Assembly (NCBI GenBank): GCA_963666315.2
Contig: CAXXHG010000021.1
Location: 164,869 to 228,868 of the forward strand
Direction: 5' to 3'
From: Candidatus Binatia bacterium
GTDB lineage: Bacteria; Desulfobacterota; Binatia; Bin18
DNA length: 64,000 nucleotides
Shown: positions 52,821 through 63,456 of the stretch, one piece after another
How the letters are laid out: each line of letters opens with the position of its first letter
Numbering within the stretch: position 1 is the first letter of the stretch
Made by a program: the position numbers and the translations under genes
The notes under the pieces: generated by a model
Seen by the model: only the letters and a program-made list of their open reading frames with translations
The model's database searches: none
What the model was told of the DNA's origin: nothing

Positions 52821-54050
52821 TCACCGCTCTCTTGCGACTGATTCCACCTGCCCCATTACGCGAAGCAGGTTTTCGCCTAGGACCTTACGGACCGTTTCCT
52901 CCGAATGACGCCGGGCCAGGAGCCCGGCCGTCAGGCGCGGCAGCTGTGCCACGTCGTCCATGTCTCGGGGCATGCTGGGTACGCCGCCCCAGTCCGCACC
53001 GATCCCAACGTGATCGACGCCGGCCACACGAATGGCGTGGTCAAAGTGTTCGAGCAGTACCTCCAAGCTCGTCTGGGGTACCGGGTGTGCGGCGAAGTGC
53101 ACGCGCCGCGATTGAGCCATTGCGCTGGCGTCCTCCCCGTGCTCCGCTTTCATCGCCTCAAAGGTCGACTTCCACTTGTCGAAATAGGCCTTCGTCGCGC
53201 GGCTGGCTTCTTCGTCGATGTAGGCAGGATAGAAGTTGATCATGATAACGCCGCCGTTCTGGGCAAGTGCGCGCAACAGGTCGTCATTCACGTTGCGTAT
53301 GTGGTCGGCGATCGCTCGACATGCAGAGTGAGACGCGATCACCGGGGCGCGGCTCACCCTCAAGACATCGAAGAAGGTCTCATCCGACACATGGGAGACG
53401 TCGACCATCATGCCGAGCCGGTTCATCTCCAGCACGACTTGCTCGCCGAACTTCGTCAGCCCGCCATGGACTGGCTCCGGCAGCGTAGAGGTTCCCGAGG
53501 AGTTGGCCCAGCTCGTGTGGAACGAGTGGGTGAGGGTCATGTAGCGTACCCCCAGGCGATAAAAGGTGCGCAGGACGGCCAAATTGTCCTCCATCATGTG
53601 ACCGCCTTCGACGCCCATCAGGCTGACGAACTTCCCCGCCGCGACTAGGGCGCGAATCTCGGTCACGGTCGTCGCGAGTCCGATCTCTGCCGGGTAGCGC
53701 CCCACCAGCCTGTGGACCGCGTCGATGCGCTCAAGTGCAATGCGCATCGCCTCGCCCGGCACCTCGGATTTACCGGTATAGATCGACCAAAACTGGACGT
53801 CCAGACCGCCCTCGCGGATCCGAGGCAGATCCATATGCGAGTCGCTCTGCAGATGCCGCTCGCTAAAGTCCCAGTCGTCCCTCTGGAAGCGAGGCGTGGT
53901 ATCCGAGTGGGTGTCGATCACGATGGCCTCGCGATGGATGCGCGCTGCGTGCTCTTGCGGGGATTCGGCGTGACTGGAGGTCTGGCAGCCACAGACGAGC
54001 CAGAAGAAAGGGAAGAGCACGAAGAGGAGGAGACCCCGTGAAGTATTCAT
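52821..54050 (-). CDS. Membrane dipeptidase (peptidase M19), probable lipoprotein
   Basis: IDTHSD, GVEGG, YMTLTH, MVDVSH, IASHS, HVGIGAD; LVCGC lipobox-like. Confidence 0.9.
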   Translation of the reverse strand: MNTSRGLLLFVLFPFFWLVCGCQTSSHAESPQEHAARIHREAIVIDTHSDTTPRFQRDDWDFSERHLQSDSHMDLPRIREGGLDVQFWSIYTGKSEVPGEAMRIALERIDAVHRLVGRYPAEIGLATTVTEIRALVAAGKFVSLMGVEGGHMMEDNLAVLRTFYRLGVRYMTLTHSFHTSWANSSGTSTLPEPVHGGLTKFGEQVVLEMNRLGMMVDVSHVSDETFFDVLRVSRAPVIASHSACRAIADHIRNVNDDLLRALAQNGGVIMINFYPAYIDEEASRATKAYFDKWKSTFEAMKAEHGEDASAMAQSRRVHFAAHPVPQTSLEVLLEHFDHAIRVAGVDHVGIGADWGGVPSMPRDMDDVAQLPRLTAGLLARRHSEETVRKVLGENLLRVMGQVESVARER

Positions 54051-54149
54051 TTCTTGCTGCGCGTCTTTCACGTCCGCTGTGTCAAACCCTACGGAGAACA
54101 AGTTGTAGATCGGGGCGAGCAGGTCGCACGTTTCTGTAGCCTTCCCCAA
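54051..54149 (-). pseudogene. Extreme C-terminal scar of the cyclase-STAND-TPR family
   Basis: GKATETCDLLAPIYNLFSVGFDTADVKDA vs [29 protein letters not shown] at ~54650-54750. Confidence 0.75.
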
Positions 54150-54515
54150 CTACATCGACTCGGTCGTCGTCACAATGAGGTGGGAATCTTCAAGCGCCTC
54201 ATTGCGGTAGTGGACAATGGTCTTATACTCTGCGCTCTGGACGAGGGAGAGAAACGCGGCGCGATTCGGATACTCCGCCAACACTACCAAATCCCACTGC
54301 TCTGGCCCGATGACGCTCACCTGCCCGGCTCCCGCGTACATGAACCGGATCCCCACTTTCTCCCCCAACGGGCGGCCATGCTCCATATACTTCGCAAACG
54401 ACGCCCGACCGACCTCCCCTTTGAAGCGTAGGAGATTCAACATCACGACGGGTCCTTCGTGTGGCAGGTTCGCGACCGCCTCCAGCTTCTCCTCCAATAA
54501 TTCGATATGGGCCAT
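54150..54515 (-). CDS. DUF1330 family protein
   Basis: GPVVMLNLLRF, WDLVVLAEYP, RNEALEDS; GGAG RBS. Confidence 0.85.
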   Translation of the reverse strand: MAHIELLEEKLEAVANLPHEGPVVMLNLLRFKGEVGRASFAKYMEHGRPLGEKVGIRFMYAGAGQVSVIGPEQWDLVVLAEYPNRAAFLSLVQSAEYKTIVHYRNEALEDSHLIVTTTESM

Positions 54516-54633
54516 AGGCGTCTCCTTTCCTCTGTCTCTCCATACCAAACCGTGGCGGCAGGGAAAAGGAGTTGGCCGGTGGCATCGCCCCAGTGGCTCG
54601 CAATGACACGGACGGCGAGCACGCCACATGCTG

Positions 54634-56669
54634 CTACGATAAGTGGTCGAGGAGTGCTTTGGCGTCCTTCAAATCCGCCGTGTCAAACCCTTCGGTGAAC
54701 CAGTCGTAGATGGGAGCGAGCAGCTCCCGCGCTTCGGCCATCTTCCCCTGCTGTTGCCACAGACGGGCCAGGCTCGTGGCCGCGCGCAGTTCCCAGGATT
54801 TGGCCTGTTGTTTTTGAGCAATCGCAATGGCCTTGTGAAAGTACGCTTCCGCCTCTTCTTGGGCCTGTGACCTGTGACCTGTGACTTTTGACTCTTGAAG
54901 CGTCAGCTCCCCTTTCAGCCGATACAATTCGGCCTCATAGAACCTTTCCTCCGTTCTCTCGACAAAAGCCAACGCCTCGACCAATGCCCAACCCCGCAGC
55001 ATAGTTTCCATCCCCAACCAGGCTGGAAAGCCCTGCTCGGTCGACAGCGCAATGACGGCCTAGGCCCGCTCCTGGACCGCTTGCCCCTCCCGGCGCAAGT
55101 GGTGGAGCCGGGCAGCGTAGTTCAGGGCAAGAGCCAGACTAAAGGGGTGAGACAGTTCATGGACCAGCGTCAACGCTTCGCGACTGCGCTCCCGTGCTCC
55201 AGGTGGGTGCGGGCAGCCCTTTGCCCGCCACCCGCTCAACCATCGCGGCGATATCCTGCTGCGGTATACGGTTGAGGCACATCTGCAAGGTATGCGCTTG
55301 CGCCGGCCACGGCGGCGTGAACTCGGGGCGGAACGTGAGTAGCAGGAGCATCCGCGACGCAGGCGCTTGGTCGATGAGCAGGCCCAACAGTTCCAACATG
55401 GACGGGTCAGCCCAGTGTAGGTCTTCGATTTCCAGGCGTACCGGTCGTTGCTCTGCTGTCTTGTGGAGCCAGGTGACCAACGCGTGGAGCGTCTTCTCTT
55501 TCTGTTTTTGCGGGCTGTATTGGAGGGGCGGATGATTGTCGGGTAGCGGAATCGACAGGAGCGTAGCTAACAGTGCCGCGGTCTCCTCGTCATGCATGTC
55601 CACGGGTTCGAGGGATTGGGTGAGCTTAGCGAGCTTGATCTCTACCGTATCGTCCTTGTCGAATTGCAACACCTGCTGCATGCGGTCGATGATCGGGTAG
55701 AGGGCACAGTTCTGATAAAACGGCGAGCAACGACACAAGATACTCAGATGGGGCTCGTTGTGACTATGATCGCGCAGCACCTGCACCAGGCGGGATTTAC
55801 CAATGCCGGCCTCGCTACTCAGCAACACCACTTGGCCGTTGCCCGCCTTGGCCCGCTCCCACCGCCGCAACAGTAGCTCTACTTCTTCTTCTCGCCCAAC
55901 GAGCGGCGTGAGGCCCTGTTGCACGGACACATCAAAACGATTTTGCGCCGCCCCTGCTCCAGTCACCCGATAGAGGGTGAGGGGAGACGAGAGTCCTTTC
56001 AGCTCCTGCGGTCCCAAGTCGTTACACACAAAGAAGCCTTGCACCAGGTGGAAGGTATCGGTGCTAATGACCACCGTATTGGGGTCTGCTTGCCCTTGCA
56101 CGCGGGCGGCAATGTTCGGCGTTTCGCCCAGGGCCAGCTGTTCGGTGTGGTCCCCACCTCCTACCGCGCCGATGACGACCGGGCCGGTGTGCAGACGAAT
56201 GCGGCCTTGAATGGGCTGGGCGAGTTGCAGCCTCGGTAAGGCGGCTAGGATGTCCGGCCCCGCTCTCACACCCCGAATGGCATCGTCTTCATGCGCCGCC
56301 GGATAGCCGAAGTACACCAGGATGCTGTAGCCGAGATATTGCGCGATATGCCCTTCCTAGCGTTCACTGACCTGACGACACGCATCTTGATAAGTGCGAA
56401 CAAGGGCGTGAAGGTCTTCAGGGTCGAGTTGTTCGGATAAGGCGGTGGAGCCGACCAGGTCACCAAACATGACGGTGAGCTGACGGCGTTCGCCGGCGGA
56501 GGCTTCCTGCTCCGGGTGGGGTGCCGGGGCTGGAGATAAGGTGTCGGACGGACGCGAGAGAGACAGCTGAGAGGCGGTCTTCTCCCGGATATCGCTCCCT
56601 GTCCAGACCAAGACTTTTCCGTTCTAATTTACCGCCACGCGCTTGTTCAATAACCTCAACAAAATCCAT
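54634..56669 (-). pseudogene. Second cyclase + STAND ATPase + TPR gene, with deletions, frameshifts and a TAG
   Basis: [60 protein letters not shown], then a jump to TPR and [11 protein letters not shown]. Confidence 0.88.
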
Positions 56670-57016
56670 TGCAGTCCCCTGCGTGCCACACAGGAGTGTA
56701 TAAGAGCCCACCGGGCAGGGATAGCAGCCGCACGACCATGGGTAGGAAAGATTGCGGAGTTATTTACAGGCAAAAGGGGAGGGCAGTTCCTCCGTACAAG
56801 ATAAAAGGTGTTAGCTGTGGGGGTCGGCCAACACTATCGTGGAGCAAGCGGCAGTTGCTTCAAAACTTCTGGCGTTGCTTACGTGAGCTTTCTGTTCCTC
56901 TCTACCCCAACACCTGACTTAAGCCGCTTTATCCCAGGAGCAGTGCATGGTGGTCACCACCGTCTGACGTCCACTCGTTCGGCCTTCAGATGTGAGCCCG
57001 TAGGCTCCATCTCTAT

Positions 57017-57226
57017 TTAGGGCAGCCGTACATCATCCTTCCAGACATACCCGGATGGCTTGGGCGGATTTGAGCGGGATACAACTTTGAGCCAGTTTCC
57101 AGTGAGGGCAACAACCTGAATTCTCGTCCCGGGCTTTAGCCGCTCGATCTCTTTGCCACGCCAGCTGGGTGCAACGCGGACTGCGGTGGAGGTGGTTAGC
57201 TGGTGGTAGCGACGGGGGGGAGACAC
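57017..57226 (-). pseudogene. Isolated bacterial SH3 domain (gene fragment)
   Basis: VRVAPS...IERLKPGTRIQVV...WLKV...GYV; no convincing start. Confidence 0.6.
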
Positions 57227-57569
57227 GGACTGTTCAGCCGGCTGTGAGCCGATGACCTTTTGACACGAAATGTGAAAGCCACTATATACAGATGAAGCTC
57301 TGACATTGACCTGAGGTGGGACCTACGGCGTTGACTAGACAATCGATCGACAAGCGAGTTTGTGTAGATCTCCAAGGAAAAGTTTTCTGTTGGGCTATTC
57401 TCGTGAGCCCCCGTTTTCCACTATCGTAAAGCTTTTGATTTGAACTGAACCGCTGATCGCGAGCGGGTGCGAGACGTAGGGTATGAGCGCCTGTTCTGAG
57501 CCCTCGCTGACTTACGGCTGAGCTGAGCCGCCAGACGACCGACCCCACCACACGGAGGGTGTGTACCGA

Positions 57570-59633
57570 ATGAGCATGCTGACGAAGAGTGAAACAGGGG
57601 AGGCGAGAACGCCTCTCGGACCAGGCTTAGGCGCTGACACTGGAGTAGGCGTCGAGAATCGTACCTCGTTTGTCTCAAGTGGTCCAAGTGGCCCAAGTGG
57701 TCAAACTGGCCAAACCGTAGTGGAGGAGACCAGAGACCTATACGGCATTCAGAACTGGGGTCGTGAGTATTTTGATGTGAATGCGAGCGGTGAAGTCGTC
57801 TGTACGTTTGCCACGTCCCAGTGCCCGTCAAGCACGCTCAAGGGTATTATTACCGAGCTTGAGCAGCGGGGTATCTCAACCCCCATCATCCTGCGTTTCC
57901 CGCAAATTATCGACTATCAGCTGCAGAAGCTGACTGGAGCCTTCCACGCCGCAATCAAGGAGTTTGCATACAAGCGAGAATATATCCCGGCTTACCCGCT
58001 CAAGGTCAATCAGAAGAAGGAGGTCGTGCAGGACGTCTTGCGCTTCGGTGATCAATATAGCGTTGGTCTGGAAGTGGGCAGTAAAGCTGAGCTCATGGTC
58101 GCGCTGGCGCTGACCCACCATCCGGAATCTCCGATTATTTGCAATGGCGTGAAGGACGAAAGCTATCTCAAACTGGCGTTTATAGGCAAACATATTGGCA
58201 AGCGGGTGTTTCTCGTACTAGAGAGCTTGTTTGAGCTGCGCGTCCTGCTTGAACTGAGTCAACGCCTGGCGATGCGGCCTTTGATCGGTCTGCGGCTGAA
58301 GCTGTCTGCTCGGGGGAGTGGGAAATGGGAGAAGTCGAGTGGTGATCTTTCCAAGTTCGGGTTCACGACGACGGACCTCTTGAAATGTGTCCATCTTCTG
58401 CAGGAAGCTCAAATGACCGACTGTCTGAGTCTGTTGCATTTCCATATCGGTTCGCAGGTGACGGACATAAGGCGGGTCAAATATGCGGTCAAAGAGGCAG
58501 CCCGGACATATGCCAAGCTGCGTCAGATGTGCCCGCAGCTCGACTATCTCGATGTCGGAGGAGGTCTAGGCGTTGATTACGATGGTTCGCGGACGGCGTC
58601 TGAGTCGAGTCTGAATTATTCTGTCGAGGAATATGCCAACGACATTATTTATTCGATCAAGGAGGTGTGCGAGAGCGAAGAGATCGAAGAGCCCACGGTG
58701 ATTACCGAAACCGGGCGGATGATAGCCGCTCCACACGCCATGCTTGTTTTCAATGCGGTTGATGAAATCGCGCTGGCGAACGGCCCGACAGACGTGCAGG
58801 ACCCGGAGAGCAAGCCCGAGGTCATTCAAGAGATGTACGACATCTATACAGGGACGAATGCCAAGAACTACCGCGAGTATTATCACGATATCCTTGAACA
58901 GCGCGAAGAGATGTTTTCCTTATTCAACCTGGGTTATCTGTCGCTTGAAGATCGAGGGCTGGGGCAGGAATTGTTTTGGGGCACGTGTGAACGCGCGCTG
59001 AAATTTGCCAAGGCGGTGAAGCATATGCCTGAGGAATTTGAAGATCTGGAACAACGCCTGGCGCACAAGTTTATTTGTAATTTCTCGGTTTTTCAGTCCA
59101 TTCCGGATGCGTGGGCGTTGGAGCAACTTTTCCCCATCATGCCGATTCATCGACTCAACGAGATCCCTGACCGCAAAGGCTATTTGGCAGATCTGACCTG
59201 CGACTCGGACGGTAAAATCGATAATTTTGTCGACCAACGAGACATCAAGGAATATTTGGAATTACACGCTCTGAACGGAGAACCGTATTATCTCGGCGTG
59301 TTCTTGACCGGTGCGTATCAAGACGTCATGGGCGACTACCACAATCTCTTTGGCCACGTGCATGATGTTTCGGTCGTTGTGGATGAAAACGGTATCATGC
59401 AGATTGCCGGCATTACTCCGGGCCATACGGTGGAAGACGTACTGAGCGTGTTCCGGTACGGGCGCGAAGAGCTGTTGGCGGAGTTCCGTTGCCGAGTGAG
59501 CGAAGGCGCTGCACGGCATGAGGAGAATGGACGGAATGGGCAGGGTGAAATTGTTGCCAAACGGCAGGAGCAACTGCTGCGTGAATACGAGGCGGTCTTG
59601 GGTAGCTATACCTATCTTACGTCTGAAAAGTGA
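57570..59633 (+). CDS. speA: Biosynthetic arginine decarboxylase
   Basis: YPLKVNQ, GLEVGSKAE, HFHIGSQ, DVGGGLGVDYDG, FQSIPDAW, DLTCDSDG, HNLFG. Confidence 0.96.
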   Translation: MSMLTKSETGEARTPLGPGLGADTGVGVENRTSFVSSGPSGPSGQTGQTVVEETRDLYGIQNWGREYFDVNASGEVVCTFATSQCPSSTLKGIITELEQRGISTPIILRFPQIIDYQLQKLTGAFHAAIKEFAYKREYIPAYPLKVNQKKEVVQDVLRFGDQYSVGLEVGSKAELMVALALTHHPESPIICNGVKDESYLKLAFIGKHIGKRVFLVLESLFELRVLLELSQRLAMRPLIGLRLKLSARGSGKWEKSSGDLSKFGFTTTDLLKCVHLLQEAQMTDCLSLLHFHIGSQVTDIRRVKYAVKEAARTYAKLRQMCPQLDYLDVGGGLGVDYDGSRTASESSLNYSVEEYANDIIYSIKEVCESEEIEEPTVITETGRMIAAPHAMLVFNAVDEIALANGPTDVQDPESKPEVIQEMYDIYTGTNAKNYREYYHDILEQREEMFSLFNLGYLSLEDRGLGQELFWGTCERALKFAKAVKHMPEEFEDLEQRLAHKFICNFSVFQSIPDAWALEQLFPIMPIHRLNEIPDRKGYLADLTCDSDGKIDNFVDQRDIKEYLELHALNGEPYYLGVFLTGAYQDVMGDYHNLFGHVHDVSVVVDENGIMQIAGITPGHTVEDVLSVFRYGREELLAEFRCRVSEGAARHEENGRNGQGEIVAKRQEQLLREYEAVLGSYTYLTSEK

Positions 59634-59635
59634 AG

Positions 59636-59708
59636 AGGGATTAGGGGATAGTTTTTAGGGGCTGGTTTAATTTTTCCAGCCCAACCCCCAACCTCGACCC
59701 CTACTCCT
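59636..59708. repeat. Inverted G-rich/C-rich degenerate heptamer tracts between speA and tsaC
   Basis: agggatt aggggat agttttt aggggct ... ccagccc aacccc caacctc gacccct; resembles STRR-type arrays. Confidence 0.5.
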
Positions 59709-60686
59709 ATGGCCCAGATTCTTGACGGTAACGATCCGCGTTCAATCAGCCGAGCCGGAGCACGGCTCAAAGCCGGAGATATCGTTGCCTTCCCAACTGA
59801 GACCGTCTATGGCCTTGGGGCAAATGCCCTGGATGAAAGGGCCGTTGCGCATATTTTTGCGGTGAAAAATCGTCCCTCTTTTGATCCGCTCATTGTTCAT
59901 GTTGCAGACAGAGCCGTTGTCTCTTCTTATGTCAAAGAAATTGACGAACGCGCCACAAGACTCATGGATCGCTTCTGGCCTGGTCCGCTGACGCTCGTCC
60001 TGCCAAAACAGCCCAGCATTCCCGATATTGTGACAGCCGGACTTGGGACAGTTGCCGTCCGTATGCCCGCTCACCCAGTTGCCCTGGCCTTATTACGTGC
60101 AGTCGATTTTCCTATTGCCGCCCCCAGCGCCAACCCATTTGGTTATGTCAGTCCGACGACGGCCGCCCATGTACAAGGCACGCTCGGAGATGCGATTGAA
60201 ATCATTATCGATGGTGGGCCGTGTACTATTGGGTTGGAATCAACCGTGTGTGCGCTGACTGAAGATCAGGCGGTTTTGCTCCGACCTGGGGGTGTGACGG
60301 TTGAGCAAATCGAAGCGGTGATTGGCGCGGTTCAGGTTGGGGACCCGGCCAGAGCCGACACACGTTCGCCGGGGATGCTGCTTTCGCATTACGCTCCGAG
60401 AGTTCCTGTGACCCTGCTTGCTCTCGGGGAACCGTTGCCTCAGCCGGATCAGAGTGAACACGTTGGATTGCTGAGCCTAGCCCCGCGATCTGAGGCCGCA
60501 GGCTACGCAAAGGTTGAATCCTTATCGAAAGATGGCGACCTGCCTGAAGTCGCAGCAAATTTATTTGCTGCACTGCGTCGCCTAGATGGATACAGTCTGG
60601 ATCGAGTGATAATAGAATCAGTTCCAGAAATCGGCATTGGACGAGCCATTATGGATCGACTGCGCCGAGCGGCGACCCGGCACTGA
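59709..60686 (+). CDS. tsaC: Threonylcarbamoyl-AMP synthase (Sua5/TsaC)
   Basis: AFPTETVYGLGA, KNRP, FWPGPLT, AAPSAN, HYAP, C-terminal SUA5 domain. Confidence 0.95.
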   Translation: MAQILDGNDPRSISRAGARLKAGDIVAFPTETVYGLGANALDERAVAHIFAVKNRPSFDPLIVHVADRAVVSSYVKEIDERATRLMDRFWPGPLTLVLPKQPSIPDIVTAGLGTVAVRMPAHPVALALLRAVDFPIAAPSANPFGYVSPTTAAHVQGTLGDAIEIIIDGGPCTIGLESTVCALTEDQAVLLRPGGVTVEQIEAVIGAVQVGDPARADTRSPGMLLSHYAPRVPVTLLALGEPLPQPDQSEHVGLLSLAPRSEAAGYAKVESLSKDGDLPEVAANLFAALRRLDGYSLDRVIIESVPEIGIGRAIMDRLRRAATRH

Positions 60687-60884
60687 ACGACTTTTCGATT
60701 CTTGAGCGTCTAGGGTTTAGTTTATGTAGTGATGTTACTACCTATACGAAAATCGTTCATTTTATCACCGGAGATAAGAGAGAGTTCCTAGCGACTCAGA
60801 CCCTCGGTTTAGAAACTCTTTGGCTGGGGGAGTAAAGGACCAGGGCCGCCCTCGCCTGCGGCTCGGTTCTGTAATGACCCCCTT

Positions 60885-60930
60885 GTAGGGGCGGTTCATG
60901 AACCGCCCGGGACGCAGGCATGCTGCGCCC
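60885..60930. repeat. GTAG-type REP plus a second hairpin
   Basis: gtag gggcggttca|tgaaccgccc perfect palindrome, then gggacgcag-gcatg-ctgcgccc. Confidence 0.65.
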
Positions 60931-60934
60931 TTGT

Positions 60935-61924
60935 CTAGCGCAGGTGGGGCAGAACGTCGGCTGCAAAGCGCTGCATAGAACCCCGCGACATAGCGCGATC
61001 CATGCCGGGGAAGTGGAAGAACAGGACGAGCTCATCCATGCCCGCCTCAGCTTCAAAAGCCTTGATCTGGTCAAGCACCTTTTGGGCTGGTCCAGTAAAG
61101 AAATTACTCAGGTCACGGAATCCATCTGACGTATTGCTACGGTCTTCTGGTTTGTCATTCGCGTCATGCATCCACTTGGCGTAATGCTCGACCTGGTAGT
61201 TCACGTGCGGCCATACTGTGTCCAACTCGCTGTCATGCTTGTCGGTCACATAGCACGAACGCAGGATCCGGACCTGGCCCGGTTCGCGGCCGAGTTCCGT
61301 ACAGGCAGTGCGGTAGATATCGATATCCTCGGTGTTCCCGATGGGCAGGAAATGACAGCCCATGCGGGCGACTCGTTGGATCCCTTTTATACTCCGTGCG
61401 CCGGCCATCAGCGGCGGTCCTCCAGGCTGGGCTGGTGATGGTGTGACGGTAATATCGGTGTAGTGCCAGTACTTGCCCGCATGAGAAAACGTTTCCCCAG
61501 ACCACGACTTGCGCAGGATGTCGATGCCTTCGGTCAGGGCCTGGCCTCGACGTTTGTGATCTTTTTCAAAGCCGCTAAACTCTCCCACTCGATAGCCCTG
61601 TCCCAAGCCAAGAATGAGCCGTCCGCGAGAAATCAGATCGACGACGGCTGCATCTTCGGCGACTCGAACGGGGTCGTGCAGAGGTAAGAGTAAGACAAAC
61701 GTGCCGAGACTAATACGCTGCGTTCTGGCAGCCACAGCCGACAGGACGGCTAACTGGGACGGGAGATAGCCATCCTCAAGAAAGTGGTGCTCCGTGGTCC
61801 ATGCCGTATCGAAACCGAGTTCCTCAACGGACACCATGTCGTCGATCGTATCGTTATACAGATCGGCGTAGGGTTGGGCCCATTGGGGCGGATTCCGAAA
61901 GTCAAACAAACACCCTATCTTCAT
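60935..61924 (-). CDS. LLM-class flavin-dependent oxidoreductase
   Basis: WTTEHHF, HDPVRVAED, LGLGQGYR. Confidence 0.9.
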   Translation of the reverse strand: MKIGCLFDFRNPPQWAQPYADLYNDTIDDMVSVEELGFDTAWTTEHHFLEDGYLPSQLAVLSAVAARTQRISLGTFVLLLPLHDPVRVAEDAAVVDLISRGRLILGLGQGYRVGEFSGFEKDHKRRGQALTEGIDILRKSWSGETFSHAGKYWHYTDITVTPSPAQPGGPPLMAGARSIKGIQRVARMGCHFLPIGNTEDIDIYRTACTELGREPGQVRILRSCYVTDKHDSELDTVWPHVNYQVEHYAKWMHDANDKPEDRSNTSDGFRDLSNFFTGPAQKVLDQIKAFEAEAGMDELVLFFHFPGMDRAMSRGSMQRFAADVLPHLR

Positions 61925-62292
61925 CGCATTGCTCCTTTATGAAAATCCGGCAGCACTTTCCAGAGTTATGGAACATTCTTCGGGCGAAATCAATATGGTG
62001 GCCCACGCTATTCTCAGCGCGAAGGCAAGACGCCGACATTTGTCTGGCCCAAGCAAGCGCGTGAACTGCTAGAGTTCATCAATACCGGCCACGTGATGGG
62101 CTTGCGTGTTGAAAAGCAGGGGAAGAATTCAAAATCAGAAGGCCGACTGATGGTACTGCAACCGCACCAAACACAGCTGTCACAGCTCGGTGCGCTTTTG
62201 TGAAGACTGTCCCCGGCACGGGGAGGACGATAGGGCCATCACGCGAGAGGCGGAAGAAGCCCCAGAAATCCTACACAGGTTGTATCAAAGCT

Positions 62293-63420
62293 TCACGGCG
62301 CCGTCTCAAAAAAGCTCGACGAGAGCGTCTGGTTGCCGCTTGTCTCTCTGGCTAACACCTCGAAATTGTGCTCCGTGCCTGGGATGCGGAATTCCGACGG
62401 AACCTTCACGTTCGTGACTGTAGGCGGGAGAGTCATGCTCAAGACACGTAGCGGATCCTCCCGCTCGACAATGAATTCGTACCTGACAATTTTACTGTCG
62501 GGTGGATCAGGAACGGGATTCCAACTAATGATAACGTCGTTCAGGTCCACCACTGCACCCTCTGCAGGCGAGACAAACACGGGACCGTCCGGAATAGCGT
62601 GAGTGAACGTCGCCGTGCTCGCTAGCGTTTCGCCCTCAATGGTCTAGCCATAGAATTGATATTCTCCCGCTGGAAACCGGGCCAGAAACACGTCGAGTGG
62701 GCCGTCAGCGAGCGATGGCTCTCCACTCTAGAAGAACAGCTCGGTGAGGCCTCGCGTCCGCACACTCCCCCTGCCAGCGATCTCCGAGATCCTACTTCCG
62801 TTCGGGCCGATGATTGTAAGATTCTCCCAGCGTTCTGCATCGAGAGAGACTTGAATGCCTACATCTTCGTCCGTGGAGTTGAACTCGATGAAAAACTCCG
62901 CACTGCTGAAGGGGATATCTCCGTCTCCAGGGTCAGCAGAGAAACTTTGAATGACAAAGTTCTGTAAGTTCTCCTGCCAAACAAGATTGACATTACTCCC
63001 CACCTCAGGAAACCCAAAGGCCATAGCTTGGCCACTGACCCCGGTCACAAACTCTTGGTCCTCAAATGTCACCACCGTAAACGTCGCTCGGTCTATCTCG
63101 ACGCCATCTGCTAACAAACGTGCTGTATGCTCGCCAGCTCCGTAGAGGTTAGTATTAGCCAGGAGACTAAACCCGTTGTTGCCATCGTCTCCGTATGCCT
63201 CAATAGTATCGTTCGGACTTGTCGGATAGCCAGCCTGGAGAATCGATCCATCGACGTCGATCTCCACGCGTGTGGTTGTACACACCCATCCCGAGAACGT
63301 CGTGAGGCCGCCTATAGAGGAGCCATCTGCTGGGTTTTCTAGGATGCCCTGGGCCGACAGGAGGGCGGGAAAGGTGAAGTTGAGTAGCACAACAGCAGAC
63401 ACCATTCGAATACCTTTCAT
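62293..63420 (-). pseudogene. Secreted protein (signal peptide + LENP module + beta-rich/FN3-like C-terminal region), TAG plus frameshift
   Basis: MKGIRMVSAVVLLNFTFPALLSA; ELFF*SGEP at 62728; continuation AIPDGPVF...SWNPVP...YEFIVE...EVLARETSGN. Confidence 0.7.
62950..63342 (-). repeat. LENP...GWxC protein module, copy 3 (~131 aa)
   Basis: LENPADG-SGWVC-NNGFSLLANTNLYGAGEHT-EFVTGVSG-FPEVG-WQENLQNFVI. Confidence 0.8.
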
Positions 63421-63456
63421 AACATTTCCCCCTTCTTCTTCGTATTACTCTGTCAC

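Noticed and set aside
30184-53648. Long antisense ORFs (e.g. 30184..30945, 52905..53648, 24349..24909, 46942..47505)
   Set aside because: They are shadows of well-supported genes on the opposite strand in GC-rich DNA, with no motifs.
54051-54149. N-terminal extension of the dipeptidase in the ORF track
   Set aside because: It is a scar of the cyclase-TPR C-terminus; the dipeptidase signal peptide starts at ATG 54050.
62020-62290. Short open frame and cgcacc...ggtgcg hairpin upstream of the LLM gene
   Set aside because: No recognisable family or start signal; may be another gene scar but cannot be supported.
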